Below are positions 34,746-44,798 of a stretch of 64,000 bases of DNA, in pieces. A model generated the notes under the pieces. That model was not told the DNA's origin. It did not search any database and was given only the letters and a program-made list of their open reading frames with translations. The stretch lies in NCBI GenBank assembly GCA_019244185.1, contig JAFATB010000006.1, positions 416,001 through 480,000 of the forward strand. Direction: 5' to 3'. The translations under genes and the position numbers were made by a program. Positions within the stretch are counted from its first letter, which is position 1. Every line of letters starts with the position of its first letter. This DNA comes from Acidobacteriota bacterium. Lineage in GTDB: Bacteria; Acidobacteriota; Thermoanaerobaculia; Gp7-AA8.

Positions 34746-36176
34746 GTGCCACGCCACGTTGTCGAACGAGCGATCCTCGCCGCGCTCCTCGCGCTGCTCG
34801 CGTTCCTGCTGCTTTTCCGCATGGGCACGCTCGGCTTTACGTGGGATGAAGGCGGCGATCTCACGACGGTGCAGTGCCTGAAAGACACGCGCAATCCGTT
34901 CGCGTGCACGGGCGACATCTCGCAGACGCGGCTTCCCTTCTATGTGCATGCGCTGGCCGGCTCGTTGATGTCCGGCACGCGTCCGCACTTTCTGGTGAGC
35001 TTCCTCTTCAGCGCATTGACGCTGACCTGCGTCTATCAATTCGCGCTGCGCCGCTTCGGCCTCGGCATCGCGACGCTCGCCGGCGCGCTCTACGTCACGT
35101 CACCGCAGCTACTCGCGTCGGGACGGATGGTCGTGTCGCACTCGAACATCCTCTGCACGTTCTTCACGACCGTCGCGTTCCTCGCGGTCGTGCAGCTCAC
35201 GGAAACGCGACGCGTCCGCTGGCTCGTCGTCTGCGCGCTCGCGTGCGGCGCGGCCGCGGCGTGTTCGATCGTGGCGGTGTTCAACGCGCCGGCATTGCTC
35301 GCGATCTACCTCGCCGGCCGGCGCACGTCGTGGAAAGACCTGCTCTTCTTCCCTGTCGCCGCCGCGACCTTCTTCGCGACGACGATCGTCTATCTGCAGC
35401 CGTCGCTTTTTCGCGCCCTCATCGACGCCTGCCGCGAGCCAAACTTCTACAAATTCTGGAACTACCTCGGCATGGGTCCATACGCGCCGTGGTACTTCCC
35501 GCTGGTCATCCTCGTGATCAAGGTGGGCACGTGGTGGTTGCTGCTCGCCGCGCTCTGCGGACGCCACGTCCCGCGCTGGCTCCTCGCACTTGGCATCGCG
35601 TTCCTCGGCACGCTCGTGCTCAAAGGCGCGCTGTTCCACTACGACGCGCCGCACCATCAGGTGCAGTTCTATCCGCTGCTGTATCTCTTCATCGCCGTAG
35701 CCATCGGCGACACACTGCGACGCCGGCCGCGCGTCGCGGGCATCGCGGTCGCCGCCGCGTTCGTCGTGCAGCTCTACGGCGTCATCCAATTCTTTCCGAA
35801 TTACCTCTTCTACGGCGCGCAGTACGGCGACCGTTTCATCGGAGAGTTCTACGGACCGGCGGTGATCCACGGTCAGGACCGCGACCATACGTGGCAGACG
35901 ATCGACGCGATCCTCGCGCGCGAGCCGGACGCGAAGTTCCTCGTCGCCGACAACAACATCTTCGAGCGCAGCGGTCCGTCGTACGTGCCGTTCACCCAAC
36001 GCGATCCGCACGCGCGGTACGAGTACGCGCTCGTCGACCGGCTGTACGCGAAGCACTTCGACGCGTTTCCGGAGCGCGACGCATACAACGCGTATCTCGC
36101 CGCGCACTACGCGCCGATCGACACGCGCGTCTGGCCGCCGGGCGTCTGGATGTATCGCGTGTTGAAGCTCAGATGA
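34746..36176 (+). CDS. GT-C (GT39/ArnT-like) membrane glycosyltransferase
   Basis: TWDE after first TM, multi-TM core, soluble C-terminus. Confidence 0.75.
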   Translation: MPRHVVERAILAALLALLAFLLLFRMGTLGFTWDEGGDLTTVQCLKDTRNPFACTGDISQTRLPFYVHALAGSLMSGTRPHFLVSFLFSALTLTCVYQFALRRFGLGIATLAGALYVTSPQLLASGRMVVSHSNILCTFFTTVAFLAVVQLTETRRVRWLVVCALACGAAAACSIVAVFNAPALLAIYLAGRRTSWKDLLFFPVAAATFFATTIVYLQPSLFRALIDACREPNFYKFWNYLGMGPYAPWYFPLVILVIKVGTWWLLLAALCGRHVPRWLLALGIAFLGTLVLKGALFHYDAPHHQVQFYPLLYLFIAVAIGDTLRRRPRVAGIAVAAAFVVQLYGVIQFFPNYLFYGAQYGDRFIGEFYGPAVIHGQDRDHTWQTIDAILAREPDAKFLVADNNIFERSGPSYVPFTQRDPHARYEYALVDRLYAKHFDAFPERDAYNAYLAAHYAPIDTRVWPPGVWMYRVLKLR

Positions 36177-37122
36177 GATACGCGGCGGCGAAGCCGATCT
36201 GCGCGGCCATCATCATCAGGTACATGTGCCGCCACGACGGATGGTTCTCCGTCGACGTGAGCTCGTCGGGATTCCGCACGATCAGCCAGACCGTGTAGGC
36301 GCCCCAGAGCGCGAGCACGATGCCCAGCACCGAAAGGAACGTCGCGTTGCCGGTGAGCACGCCCGTGCGCGCGCCGATCGGCATGAGCAGCCACGGGAAG
36401 ATGAAGAACGGCGCGATCATCCACGCGGCACGCTTCACGCCGAACGCGATCGGCAGCGTGCGGCAGCCGCCGGCGCGATCGCCTTCGATGTCGCTGAAGT
36501 CTTTCGTCGAGGCGGCGCCGAGGAGGAAGAGCATGAAGATCGAGCCGATGTACCAGGGCTCGGCGAACGTCGCGCGGGCAACCATCGTCCAGCCGGCGAC
36601 TTTCAGCAGGCAGCCGCGCGGAATGGCGATCGTCAGATTCGCGCCGAGCGGATGCGCCTTCGTGCGGCCGAGCGCGGGCACCGAATAGACGAACGTCGAC
36701 ACGAGCGCGATCAGATAGATGAAGAAGCATTCGTGATAGCGCAGCGGCGCGAAGAGCTTCTGCGTCCACGTGGTGAACGGATGCACGACCACGAGCCACG
36801 TCGGGATCGTGCCGAGCGCGTAGAAGATCCAGGTGTAGATCCACGCCTCACGGATCGACACCTCGCCCGTCACGATCGGACGGCTCGGCTTGTTGATGCG
36901 ATCGATCTCGAGGTCGTAGATCTGGTTGAGCGTGTTGTTCGCGGCGTTCAAAAACGCGGCGCAGATGGAGCCCAGCGCGACGGTGAGAATGACGGAGCTC
37001 GTCAGCGTGCGCGTCGGATCGGGGTTGTGCGCGGAGCCCCACGCGCAGATCGCGCCCGAGATGATGCCGAGGAGCGGCGGGAGGAGGGTGAACGGCCGGG
37101 CGAGGGTGACGAAGCGTTTCAC
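36169..37122 (-). CDS. UbiA family prenyltransferase
   Basis: NQIYDLEIDRINKPSRP and KDFSDIEGD motifs. Confidence 0.92.
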   Translation of the reverse strand: MKRFVTLARPFTLLPPLLGIISGAICAWGSAHNPDPTRTLTSSVILTVALGSICAAFLNAANNTLNQIYDLEIDRINKPSRPIVTGEVSIREAWIYTWIFYALGTIPTWLVVVHPFTTWTQKLFAPLRYHECFFIYLIALVSTFVYSVPALGRTKAHPLGANLTIAIPRGCLLKVAGWTMVARATFAEPWYIGSIFMLFLLGAASTKDFSDIEGDRAGGCRTLPIAFGVKRAAWMIAPFFIFPWLLMPIGARTGVLTGNATFLSVLGIVLALWGAYTVWLIVRNPDELTSTENHPSWRHMYLMMMAAQIGFAAAYLI

Positions 37123-37273
37123 GCGCGCGTAGTGTCGCGGTTCGGGCCGCCTGACGCAACCGGCCGGCGCAGCCGGGCGCGCGCAAACGCGCGGGCCGTA
37201 TTAGACTGCCGCCGTGTCACGGAAGCCTCTCTTTGAAAACGAGGACGCCGACTACGGCGACTCATCCCGCAAC

Positions 37274-38029
37274 ATGAGCGAAAGCAAAATTGCCCTGTTC
37301 GTCGACTTCGAGAACATCGCCATCGGTGTGATGGACGCGAAGTACAAGAAGTTCGAGGCCAGCCTTCTCCTCGAGCGCCTGCTCGAGAAAGGGAAGATCG
37401 TGGTCAAGCGCGCGTACTGCGACTGGGACAAGTTCCCGGACTACAAACGCGAGCTCCACGAGGCGGCCATCGAGCTGATCGAGATCCCGGGACGCGGCTA
37501 CTCGGGCAAGAACTCCGCCGACATCCGCATGGCCGTCGATGCGATGGACATGTGCTGGTCGAAGGAGCACATCGATCTCTTCGTGATCGCTTCGGGCGAC
37601 TCGGACTTTTCGCCGCTGGTGTCGAAGCTGAAAGAGAACGACAAGTACGTCATCGGCTGCGGCGTGAAGAATTCGTCGAGCGATCTGCTGATCGACAACT
37701 GCGACGAGTTCATCTTCTACGAGGATCTCGTGCGCGGCGTGCAGAAGGCGCCCGCGGTGGCGTTTCAGGACAAGAAGAAGGCCGAGGTGTTCAAGCTGCT
37801 CATCGACTCCATCAAGGCGCTCATGCGCGAGAACAAGGAGATTCTCTGGGGCTCGATGGTGAAGCAGACGATGCAGCGCAAGAAGCCGACGTTCAACGAG
37901 GAGTACTACGGGTACAACACGTTCAGCGATCTGCTCGAGGACGCGCAGACGAACAACATCATCAAGATCAAGAAGGATCTGAAGTCGGGGTCGTATGTGA
38001 TCACGGGCTTTGCGCAGCCCGCGGCCTGA
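37274..38029 (+). CDS. NYN domain protein with C-terminal LOTUS/OST-HTH
   Basis: FVDFEN, GKNSADI, SGDSDF, FNEEYYGYNTFSDLL; alternative GTG start at 37214. Confidence 0.9.
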   Translation: MSESKIALFVDFENIAIGVMDAKYKKFEASLLLERLLEKGKIVVKRAYCDWDKFPDYKRELHEAAIELIEIPGRGYSGKNSADIRMAVDAMDMCWSKEHIDLFVIASGDSDFSPLVSKLKENDKYVIGCGVKNSSSDLLIDNCDEFIFYEDLVRGVQKAPAVAFQDKKKAEVFKLLIDSIKALMRENKEILWGSMVKQTMQRKKPTFNEEYYGYNTFSDLLEDAQTNNIIKIKKDLKSGSYVITGFAQPAA

Positions 38030-38143
38030 AGAGACGTGACCGGGAGCGCCTCCGGCGGGCCGGCGCGGCCGGCTGCGCTTAGGGCCTAGCCTATTCGCAC
38101 GTGCGGTTGGCCTGAACGTCGTAGAATGCGCGCCGCGCGTTTA

Positions 38144-39799
38144 ATGACGACTCTTCCGCATCGCGGGCACGTTCCTGTTCTCGTCATCGGCACCGGCATC
38201 GCGGGGCTCACGGCGGCGTTCACGCTCGCGAGCGCGGGCATCAAGGTGCTACTCGTCACGAAAGCGGCGGATCCGGCGGACTGCAATACCGCGTGGGCGC
38301 AGGGCGGGATCATCTATCAGGGTGAGAACGACTCCGCGGAGAAGCTCGTCAGCGACGTCATTCGCGCGGGCGCGGGCATCTCGAATCTCGAGGCGGTGCA
38401 CTTTCTGGCGGAGGAAGGCCCGCGCGTCGTCGAGAAGGTGCTGCTCAATGAGATGCACGTGCCGTTCTCCACGACGCACGAGGGAGAGCTCGACCTCACG
38501 CAGGAAGGCGCGCATTCGGTCTCGCGCATCATCCACGCGGGCGATGCGACGGGACGCGCGATCGAGACTTCGCTGCTGAATCGCGTGAAGGGCGAGCCGA
38601 ACATCACGCTCGCCACGGAAGTCACGGCGATCGATCTCCTCACGACGCAGCACCATCCGCAGGACATCCAGGTGCGCTACCGGCTGACGAACGAATGCGT
38701 CGGCGCGTACCTGCTCGACAACCGCACGAACGACGTCTACACCGTCTTCGCCGATTACACGATCCTCGCGACGGGCGGCGTCGGCCAGATCTATCTGCAC
38801 ACGACGAACACGCGCAGCTCGCTGGGCGACGGCGTCGTGATGGCGAGCCGCGCGGGCGCGAAGATCTTCAACGCGGAGTACGTGCAGTTCCATCCGACCG
38901 CGCTCGCGGACAAGAAGGCCAATCACTTTCTCATCTCCGAGGCGTTGCGCGGGGAGGGAGCGAGGCTGCGGAATCAGCGGGGCGAGTACTTCATGGAGCG
39001 GTACGCGCCGGAGCTGAAGGACCTCGCGCCGCGCGACGTCGTGGCGCGCGCGATCGTCGAGGAGATGACGCACAACAAAGAGGAGTTCGTGTGGCTCGAC
39101 CTCGCGAACTTCTACAACGGACGCGAGCCGATCGCCGAGCGCTTCCCGAACATCCGCGCCGCGTGCGCGGAGATGGGCGTCGACATCGAGCGCGATCCGA
39201 TTCCGGTCGTGCCGGCGGCGCATTACTTCTGCGGCGGCGTGCTCGTGAACACGCGCGGCGAGACGACGCTCAGCCGGCTGTACGCGATCGGCGAGACCTC
39301 GTGCTCGGGGTTGCACGGCGCGAACCGTCTCGCCTCGACGTCGCTCCTCGAAGGCGTGACGTGGGGCTACTTCGCGGCGGAGTCGATTCGCGAGAAGCTG
39401 ACATCTCCCGCGGCGACGGCTTCGCCCGCGGTGCGGCGCGCGTTCTCGTCGCTGCCGCCGGGCACGGGCTCCGTGCACGACAGCATCTTCGCGTCGATTC
39501 CGGACTGGCTGCCGCCGGGCAAAGAGAACCTCGAGGATCCCGCGCTGATCCTGCAGGACTGGACGACGATCCAGCACACGATGTGGAACTACGTCGGCAT
39601 CGTGCGCACATACGAGCGGCTCAAGCGCGCGGTGGCCGACATGCGCCAGCTCGGCAACCGCCTCACGAAGTACTACCACGAGTCGACGATCAGCAAATCG
39701 ATCGTCGAGCTCTTTCACGGCCAGCAGATGGCGGCCATCGTCGCGTCGGCGGCGATCCGCAATCCGCGCTCGATCGGCGCGCACTTCCGCGCGGACTGA
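38144..39799 (+). CDS. nadB: L-aspartate oxidase
   Basis: GTGIAG, AQGGI, EGAHS, QFHPT, LISEALRGEG, GLHGANRLASTSL. Confidence 0.95.
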   Translation: MTTLPHRGHVPVLVIGTGIAGLTAAFTLASAGIKVLLVTKAADPADCNTAWAQGGIIYQGENDSAEKLVSDVIRAGAGISNLEAVHFLAEEGPRVVEKVLLNEMHVPFSTTHEGELDLTQEGAHSVSRIIHAGDATGRAIETSLLNRVKGEPNITLATEVTAIDLLTTQHHPQDIQVRYRLTNECVGAYLLDNRTNDVYTVFADYTILATGGVGQIYLHTTNTRSSLGDGVVMASRAGAKIFNAEYVQFHPTALADKKANHFLISEALRGEGARLRNQRGEYFMERYAPELKDLAPRDVVARAIVEEMTHNKEEFVWLDLANFYNGREPIAERFPNIRAACAEMGVDIERDPIPVVPAAHYFCGGVLVNTRGETTLSRLYAIGETSCSGLHGANRLASTSLLEGVTWGYFAAESIREKLTSPAATASPAVRRAFSSLPPGTGSVHDSIFASIPDWLPPGKENLEDPALILQDWTTIQHTMWNYVGIVRTYERLKRAVADMRQLGNRLTKYYHESTISKSIVELFHGQQMAAIVASAAIRNPRSIGAHFRAD

Positions 39800-39816
39800 A
39801 CGGAGCGCGCGCGTCG

Positions 39817-40410
39817 ATGAAACTGCAACTCGGCTGCGGCCCGCTCGCGTTGCCGGGGTGGATCAACATCGACAACCAGCCGTACGACGGCGTCGACCGC
39901 GTGCTCGACGTCACGCAGGAGCTGCCGTACGACGATGTGCGCTTCATCTTCGCCGAGCACTTCATCGAGCATCTCGCGCTCGACGATGCGACCGCGTTGC
40001 TGCGCGACTGCCGCCGCGCGCTCGCGCACGACGGCGTGCTGCGGCTGTCGACGCCGAACCTCGACTGGGTCTGGGCGTCGCACTACAAACGCGTGATGAC
40101 GCCGCAGGAGGCGGTGCTCGCGTGCTTCGCCATCAACCGCGCGTTCCGCGGCTGGGGACATCAGTTCCTCTACAACGAGACGACGCTCACGTCGCTCTTG
40201 CGCGACGCAGGGTTCGCGCGCGTCGTGCGTTGCGAGTACGGCGCGAGCGAGCACGAGGAACTGCGCGGACTCGAGCGGCATGAATGGCAGCCCGATTTCG
40301 ACGGCCTGCCGCACATCCTGATCCTCGAGGCGTCGGGACGCGGCGGCTCCGCACCGGAGTATCTCGAAGAGCCGCGGGCGATGTTCCGCCGCGATGCGGC
40401 CGCGAAATGA
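39817..40410 (+). CDS. Class I SAM methyltransferase domain protein (paralog A)
   Basis: LQLGCG, GWINID, AEHFIEHL, LRLSTPNL. Confidence 0.85.
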   Translation: MKLQLGCGPLALPGWINIDNQPYDGVDRVLDVTQELPYDDVRFIFAEHFIEHLALDDATALLRDCRRALAHDGVLRLSTPNLDWVWASHYKRVMTPQEAVLACFAINRAFRGWGHQFLYNETTLTSLLRDAGFARVVRCEYGASEHEELRGLERHEWQPDFDGLPHILILEASGRGGSAPEYLEEPRAMFRRDAAAK

Positions 40411-40453
40411 TCCCGCCCAGGGGTCATTGGCGCGCTGAGGCCGCGGATCGTCG

Positions 40454-40936
40454 CTATCGGTCCGCGAACGACACTTCGACGAAGCTGTCGATCGGGACAA
40501 CGCTCGCCTCGCCCTTCGCGAGACGCGTCGAGACCTGTTTGTCGTCGACGCCCGTCGCGAGCAGCGTGCAGTCCGCGCGCAGACACCGCACCCTGAGAGT
40601 CCGTTCGTCGACCACGGTCAAGCCGACGTCGGCAGTCTGCCCGGAGGCCGCGACTCCTTTGGTGTCGAGTTTGTGCTCCGCATCCGGCTTGTCGCCGACC
40701 TGGCTGAGCATCAGCCACGTCCAGTGCGTGCCGCTGGTCTGATCGAGGAGCAGCACGCGATCGTTCGCGGCGCGGCGAAGCTGCTCGTCGGTGAGTTTCA
40801 TTTCGTCGAATTTCGGATTGGCGAGGAGCGCGGTGCGGCCGTCGGTGAGCTTGACGTGAAAACGAATCACGCTCTGGGCGCTGGCCGAGCCGACGAGCAT
40901 CAGCAACGCGAGAAGGGTCGAAAGCCGATTGCGCAT
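40454..40936 (-). CDS. Secreted hypothetical protein
   Basis: GGAGAG RBS; signal peptide ending ASA. Confidence 0.7.
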   Translation of the reverse strand: MRNRLSTLLALLMLVGSASAQSVIRFHVKLTDGRTALLANPKFDEMKLTDEQLRRAANDRVLLLDQTSGTHWTWLMLSQVGDKPDAEHKLDTKGVAASGQTADVGLTVVDERTLRVRCLRADCTLLATGVDDKQVSTRLAKGEASVVPIDSFVEVSFADR

Positions 40937-41140
40937 GAATCTCTCCAGCCTTTCGGACGAGCGCCTTCGCCACTCGCCCCTCGAAATCTCATCGTTGGGA
41001 CGGCCGCGCGTCACGTTGGTTTCGGCCGATCCGGATGGAAAGACTCGTCACGTCGACGAGCGGCCGCAAAATAACTCTTGTCGGATCCCGCCTCGTACCT
41101 TATGGTGTAACACCATAAAACCAAGCTGGAGGTCTGTTAG

Positions 41141-41953
41141 ATGGCTCGCTTGCGAATTTCATTCGCGCTCATCGTGATCCTCGCCGCATCGTCTCTCGCA
41201 GCACAAAACGATCCCACGACGAATCCCCAGCTGTTCGATCGCTACCTCGTTCCTGTTTTTACGAACGCCGTGCACGGATCGTTTGGGTCGGAGTTCTATT
41301 CGTCGCTTTCGCTCTGGAACAAGTCGGATACGCAGCCGCTGCGCGTGTGGGGGCTGCAGGAGGTCTGCGTCCTCAGCGCGTGCCCGCCGCCGCCCGACTT
41401 CCTCGACGTGCCGGCGCCGACGATCGAGGCGCCGCTGCTGCAGCCGAACGGCAATCCGGGACGCTTCGTCTTCGTCGAGAAGGCGCAATCCAACCGACTC
41501 GCGGCGAACCTCCGCGTTTACGACGCGAGCCGCGACGCGACGAACTTCGGCACCGAGCTGCCGGTCGTCCGCCAGAGTGATTTCGCGGAGCGCATCGTGC
41601 TGCCGGGCGTTCCGATGACGCCGCGGTTCCGCAACGTGCTGCGGATCTACTCCGCGGTCGCGACCGACGTCACGATCTCGTTCGGCGGCCCGGACGTCAT
41701 CGGCTCGCCGACGATCACGCCTCCGCCGCAACAGACGATCACGCTGCGCGAAGGCGAAAACGTCTTCGACCCGGCGTACGCGTCGTTCGCGAACTTTCCG
41801 TCGTACCCATACCCGCTGACGATCGTCGTCGACTCCGTCTCGGGCTGCCCGGTCTGTCTCTCGCCGCCCGTTCCACCGGCGCCGATCTGGGCTTTCGTCA
41901 GCGTCACGAACAACGAGACCCAGCACATCACCACGATCACGCCACAGCCGTGA
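41141..41953 (+). CDS. Secreted protein, paralog 1 (no IPT domain)
   Basis: Signal peptide; GSFGSEF, FGTELPVVR, WAFVSVTNNETQHITTITPQ. Confidence 0.85.
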   Translation: MARLRISFALIVILAASSLAAQNDPTTNPQLFDRYLVPVFTNAVHGSFGSEFYSSLSLWNKSDTQPLRVWGLQEVCVLSACPPPPDFLDVPAPTIEAPLLQPNGNPGRFVFVEKAQSNRLAANLRVYDASRDATNFGTELPVVRQSDFAERIVLPGVPMTPRFRNVLRIYSAVATDVTISFGGPDVIGSPTITPPPQQTITLREGENVFDPAYASFANFPSYPYPLTIVVDSVSGCPVCLSPPVPPAPIWAFVSVTNNETQHITTITPQP

Positions 41954-41979
41954 GCAATTTTTGAGGGAGGTTTGTCTTG

Positions 41980-42996
41980 ATGCGATTCCGGATCCCCCTT
42001 CTGCTATCGTTGTTTCTCTCCGCCTTTGCGCTCCTCGCCCAGGAAAGCACGCCGTACAGCATCACTCCGAATTCGGGCCCGGTCACCGGCGGCACGCAGG
42101 TGACGATCAAGGGCGACTTCGGCACGTGGCCCTATGGCGTCATCTTCGGCACGGCCGGTGTCGTGGCCACGCGGGTCGACGAACACACGCTCGTCGCCAC
42201 GACGCCTCCGCATCCCGCGGGTACCGTGAGCGTGTCGATCTTCGAGTACGACATCTTCCTCGCCACCGATCTCACGTTCACGTTCACCGGTGAATCGGAC
42301 GAGCGGTTCGAGCGCGTGCTGCTGCCGATCTTCACGCCGCCCGTGCATGGCGCGTTCGGGTCGGAGTTCCACACCGATCTCGACGTGTGGAATCCGGATC
42401 CGTCGAAGACGGTGACGCTCTTCGGCGCCGAGTACGACTACGACCAGCCCGACCCCGACCCGAGTGTCACCGTGATTCCGGGCGGGAAGGTGACGCTCGG
42501 CCGCGTGCCGGAGAGCTTCGACGGCAACCCGGGACGGTTCGTGTATGTCGCCAAAGACGATTTCGATCTTCTCGGCGCGACGCTGCGCGTTCACGACGTG
42601 ACCCGCGAGGCGGCGAGCTTCGGTACGGAGATCCCCATCGTCCGCGAGCACGAGTTCAGCAGCGAGAAGCGCATCGCATTTCCGCACGTGCCGATCGATC
42701 CGCGCTTCCGCAACACGCTGCGCATCTACAGCACCGCTGCGACCACGGTCACCGTGACCGTCGGCCAGCAGGCATTCGCCGTCGAGCTGCAGGCGGGCAG
42801 CAACACCTACGAGCCGGCGTACGCCGCGTTCACGAACTTCCCTTCGGACGGCGTCGGCGCGACGACGGTGACGATCGACGCCGAGCGCATCGGCGTCGAT
42901 CCGCCCTCGCCGTTGCTCGGCCCTCCCATCTGGGCCTTCATCAGCGTGACGAACAACGACACGCAGCAGATCACCACCATCACCCCGCAACGCTGA
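41980..42996 (+). CDS. Secreted IPT/TIG domain protein, paralog 2
   Basis: SITPNSGPVTGGTQVTIKG IPT signature plus shared C-terminal domain. Confidence 0.88.
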   Translation: MRFRIPLLLSLFLSAFALLAQESTPYSITPNSGPVTGGTQVTIKGDFGTWPYGVIFGTAGVVATRVDEHTLVATTPPHPAGTVSVSIFEYDIFLATDLTFTFTGESDERFERVLLPIFTPPVHGAFGSEFHTDLDVWNPDPSKTVTLFGAEYDYDQPDPDPSVTVIPGGKVTLGRVPESFDGNPGRFVYVAKDDFDLLGATLRVHDVTREAASFGTEIPIVREHEFSSEKRIAFPHVPIDPRFRNTLRIYSTAATTVTVTVGQQAFAVELQAGSNTYEPAYAAFTNFPSDGVGATTVTIDAERIGVDPPSPLLGPPIWAFISVTNNDTQQITTITPQR

Positions 42997-43074
42997 TTCC
43001 GCGAAATCCACGGCATGCGCGCGTCATCGCACGCGCGCATGCCCACAACCTCGAGCATTCGACGGAGGTCCTTC

Positions 43075-44088
43075 ATGCGATTCCGGATCCCCATTCTGCT
43101 GTCGTTGTTTCTCTCCGCAGTTGCGGTCTTCGCCCAGGAAAGCACGCCGTACTCGATCACTCCGAATTCCGGGCCGGTCGCCGGCGGCACGCAGGTGACG
43201 ATCAAGGGCGACTTCGGCTTCTGGCCGTACGCGATTCTCTTCGGCACTGCCGGCGTGCCCGCGACGCGCGTCGACGACCACACGCTCGTCGCCACGACGC
43301 CTGCGCATCCCGCGGGCACCGTGCCGGTCACGATCTTCGAGTACGACATCGGTCTCGCCACCGATCTCACGTTCACGTTCACCGGGCCCTCGGGCACGCG
43401 ATTCGAGCGCGTGCTGCTGCCGATCTTCACGCCGCCGGTGCAGGGCGCGTTCGGCTCGGAGTTCCACACCGAGGTCGAGGTGTGGAATCCGCAGTCGACG
43501 GGCGTGGTGACGCTGTTCGGAGCGGAAACCGACTCCAGCGTCGACATCGATCCGAGCGTCGCGCTGATTCCGGACGGGAAAACGACACTCAGCCGCGCGC
43601 CGCAGCACTTCAACGGCAACCCGGGGCATTTCCTCTACGTCGCCGAAGGAGACTTCGATCTCATCGGCGCCACGCTGCGCGTGCACGACGTAACGCGCGA
43701 GGCGACGAGCTTCGGCACGGAGATTCCCATCGTGCGCGAGCGCGAGTTCAGCCCATCGCAGACGATCGCGTTTCCGCATGTGCCGATCGATCCCCGCTTC
43801 CGCAACACGCTGCGCATCTACAGCACGGAGGCGACGACGGTGACAGTGAAGGTCGGGGCGCAGACGTTCGGGGTCACACTGCAACCCGGACGCGACATGT
43901 ACGAGCCCGCCTACGCGGCGTTCACGAACTTCCCCAACGACGGCATCGGCGCCACGACGGTGACGGTCGAACCGACCTTCATCCCGGTCGATCCGCCGTT
44001 GCCCGGCACAAACGTGCCCGTCTGGGCCTTCATCAGCGTGACGAACAACGACACGCAGCAGATCACCACCATCACCCCGCAACGCTAG
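43075..44088 (+). CDS. Secreted IPT/TIG domain protein, paralog 3
   Basis: Closely similar to paralog 2 over its full length. Confidence 0.88.
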   Translation: MRFRIPILLSLFLSAVAVFAQESTPYSITPNSGPVAGGTQVTIKGDFGFWPYAILFGTAGVPATRVDDHTLVATTPAHPAGTVPVTIFEYDIGLATDLTFTFTGPSGTRFERVLLPIFTPPVQGAFGSEFHTEVEVWNPQSTGVVTLFGAETDSSVDIDPSVALIPDGKTTLSRAPQHFNGNPGHFLYVAEGDFDLIGATLRVHDVTREATSFGTEIPIVREREFSPSQTIAFPHVPIDPRFRNTLRIYSTEATTVTVKVGAQTFGVTLQPGRDMYEPAYAAFTNFPNDGIGATTVTVEPTFIPVDPPLPGTNVPVWAFISVTNNDTQQITTITPQR

Positions 44089-44132
44089 TCCCGCGGAATC
44101 CGACGGCATGCGCGCGTCGTTGAAGCGCGCGC

Positions 44133-44798
44133 ATGCCGTCGCTCTACCACTACGCCAGCCGCGCGCCGATGAAGATCCGCAAGGTCTTCTTTCCCGCGCG
44201 CGCGGAGCGGCTGCACATCGGCTCCGGACCGCAGCGGCTCGATGGCTGGATCAACATCGACAACGTGAAGTATCCCGGCGTCGACCGCGTGCTCGACGTC
44301 ACGCACGGTCTGCCGTACCGCGACGTGCGCTTCATCTTCGCCGAGCATTTCATCGAGCATCTCAGCCTCAACGAGGTGATGTACCTCCTCCGCGAGTGCC
44401 GCCGCGTGCTCACCGACGACGGCGTGCTGCGCCTCTCGACGCCGAACCTCGACTGGGTCTGGGCATCGCACTACGAGCTCGGCTCCGAAGGCGACGACGC
44501 GGCGCGGACGTGCTTTCTGCTCAATCGCGCGTTCCGCGGCTGGGGACATCAGTTCCTCTACAACATCGAAGTGCTGCGCGGTCTGCTGCTCGACGCCGGC
44601 TTCGCGGACGTCGTCGTGTGCGCGTATGGCGAGAGCACGCATCCCGAGCTGCGCAATCTCGAGCGTCACGAGCGTTCCGAGGATTTCGAAGGACTGGCCG
44701 ACATCCTCGTCGTCGAGGCGTCCGGCCGCGGCGCCGGCGCTCCTCCCTATTTCTCGCGCTGGCGTCACGAGTTCCTCCACGCCCTCGGCGCGAAGTAA
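44133..44798 (+). CDS. Class I SAM methyltransferase domain protein (paralog B)
   Basis: Shares GVDRVLDVT, FAEHFIEHL, FRGWGHQFLYN with 39817-40410; start may be 44169. Confidence 0.85.
   Translation: MPSLYHYASRAPMKIRKVFFPARAERLHIGSGPQRLDGWINIDNVKYPGVDRVLDVTHGLPYRDVRFIFAEHFIEHLSLNEVMYLLRECRRVLTDDGVLRLSTPNLDWVWASHYELGSEGDDAARTCFLLNRAFRGWGHQFLYNIEVLRGLLLDAGFADVVVCAYGESTHPELRNLERHERSEDFEGLADILVVEASGRGAGAPPYFSRWRHEFLHALGAK

Noticed and set aside
38695-40410. 571-aa ORF overlapping nadB
   Set aside because: Only the last 197 codons (methyltransferase, from 39817) are credible; the rest is an alternative frame of nadB.
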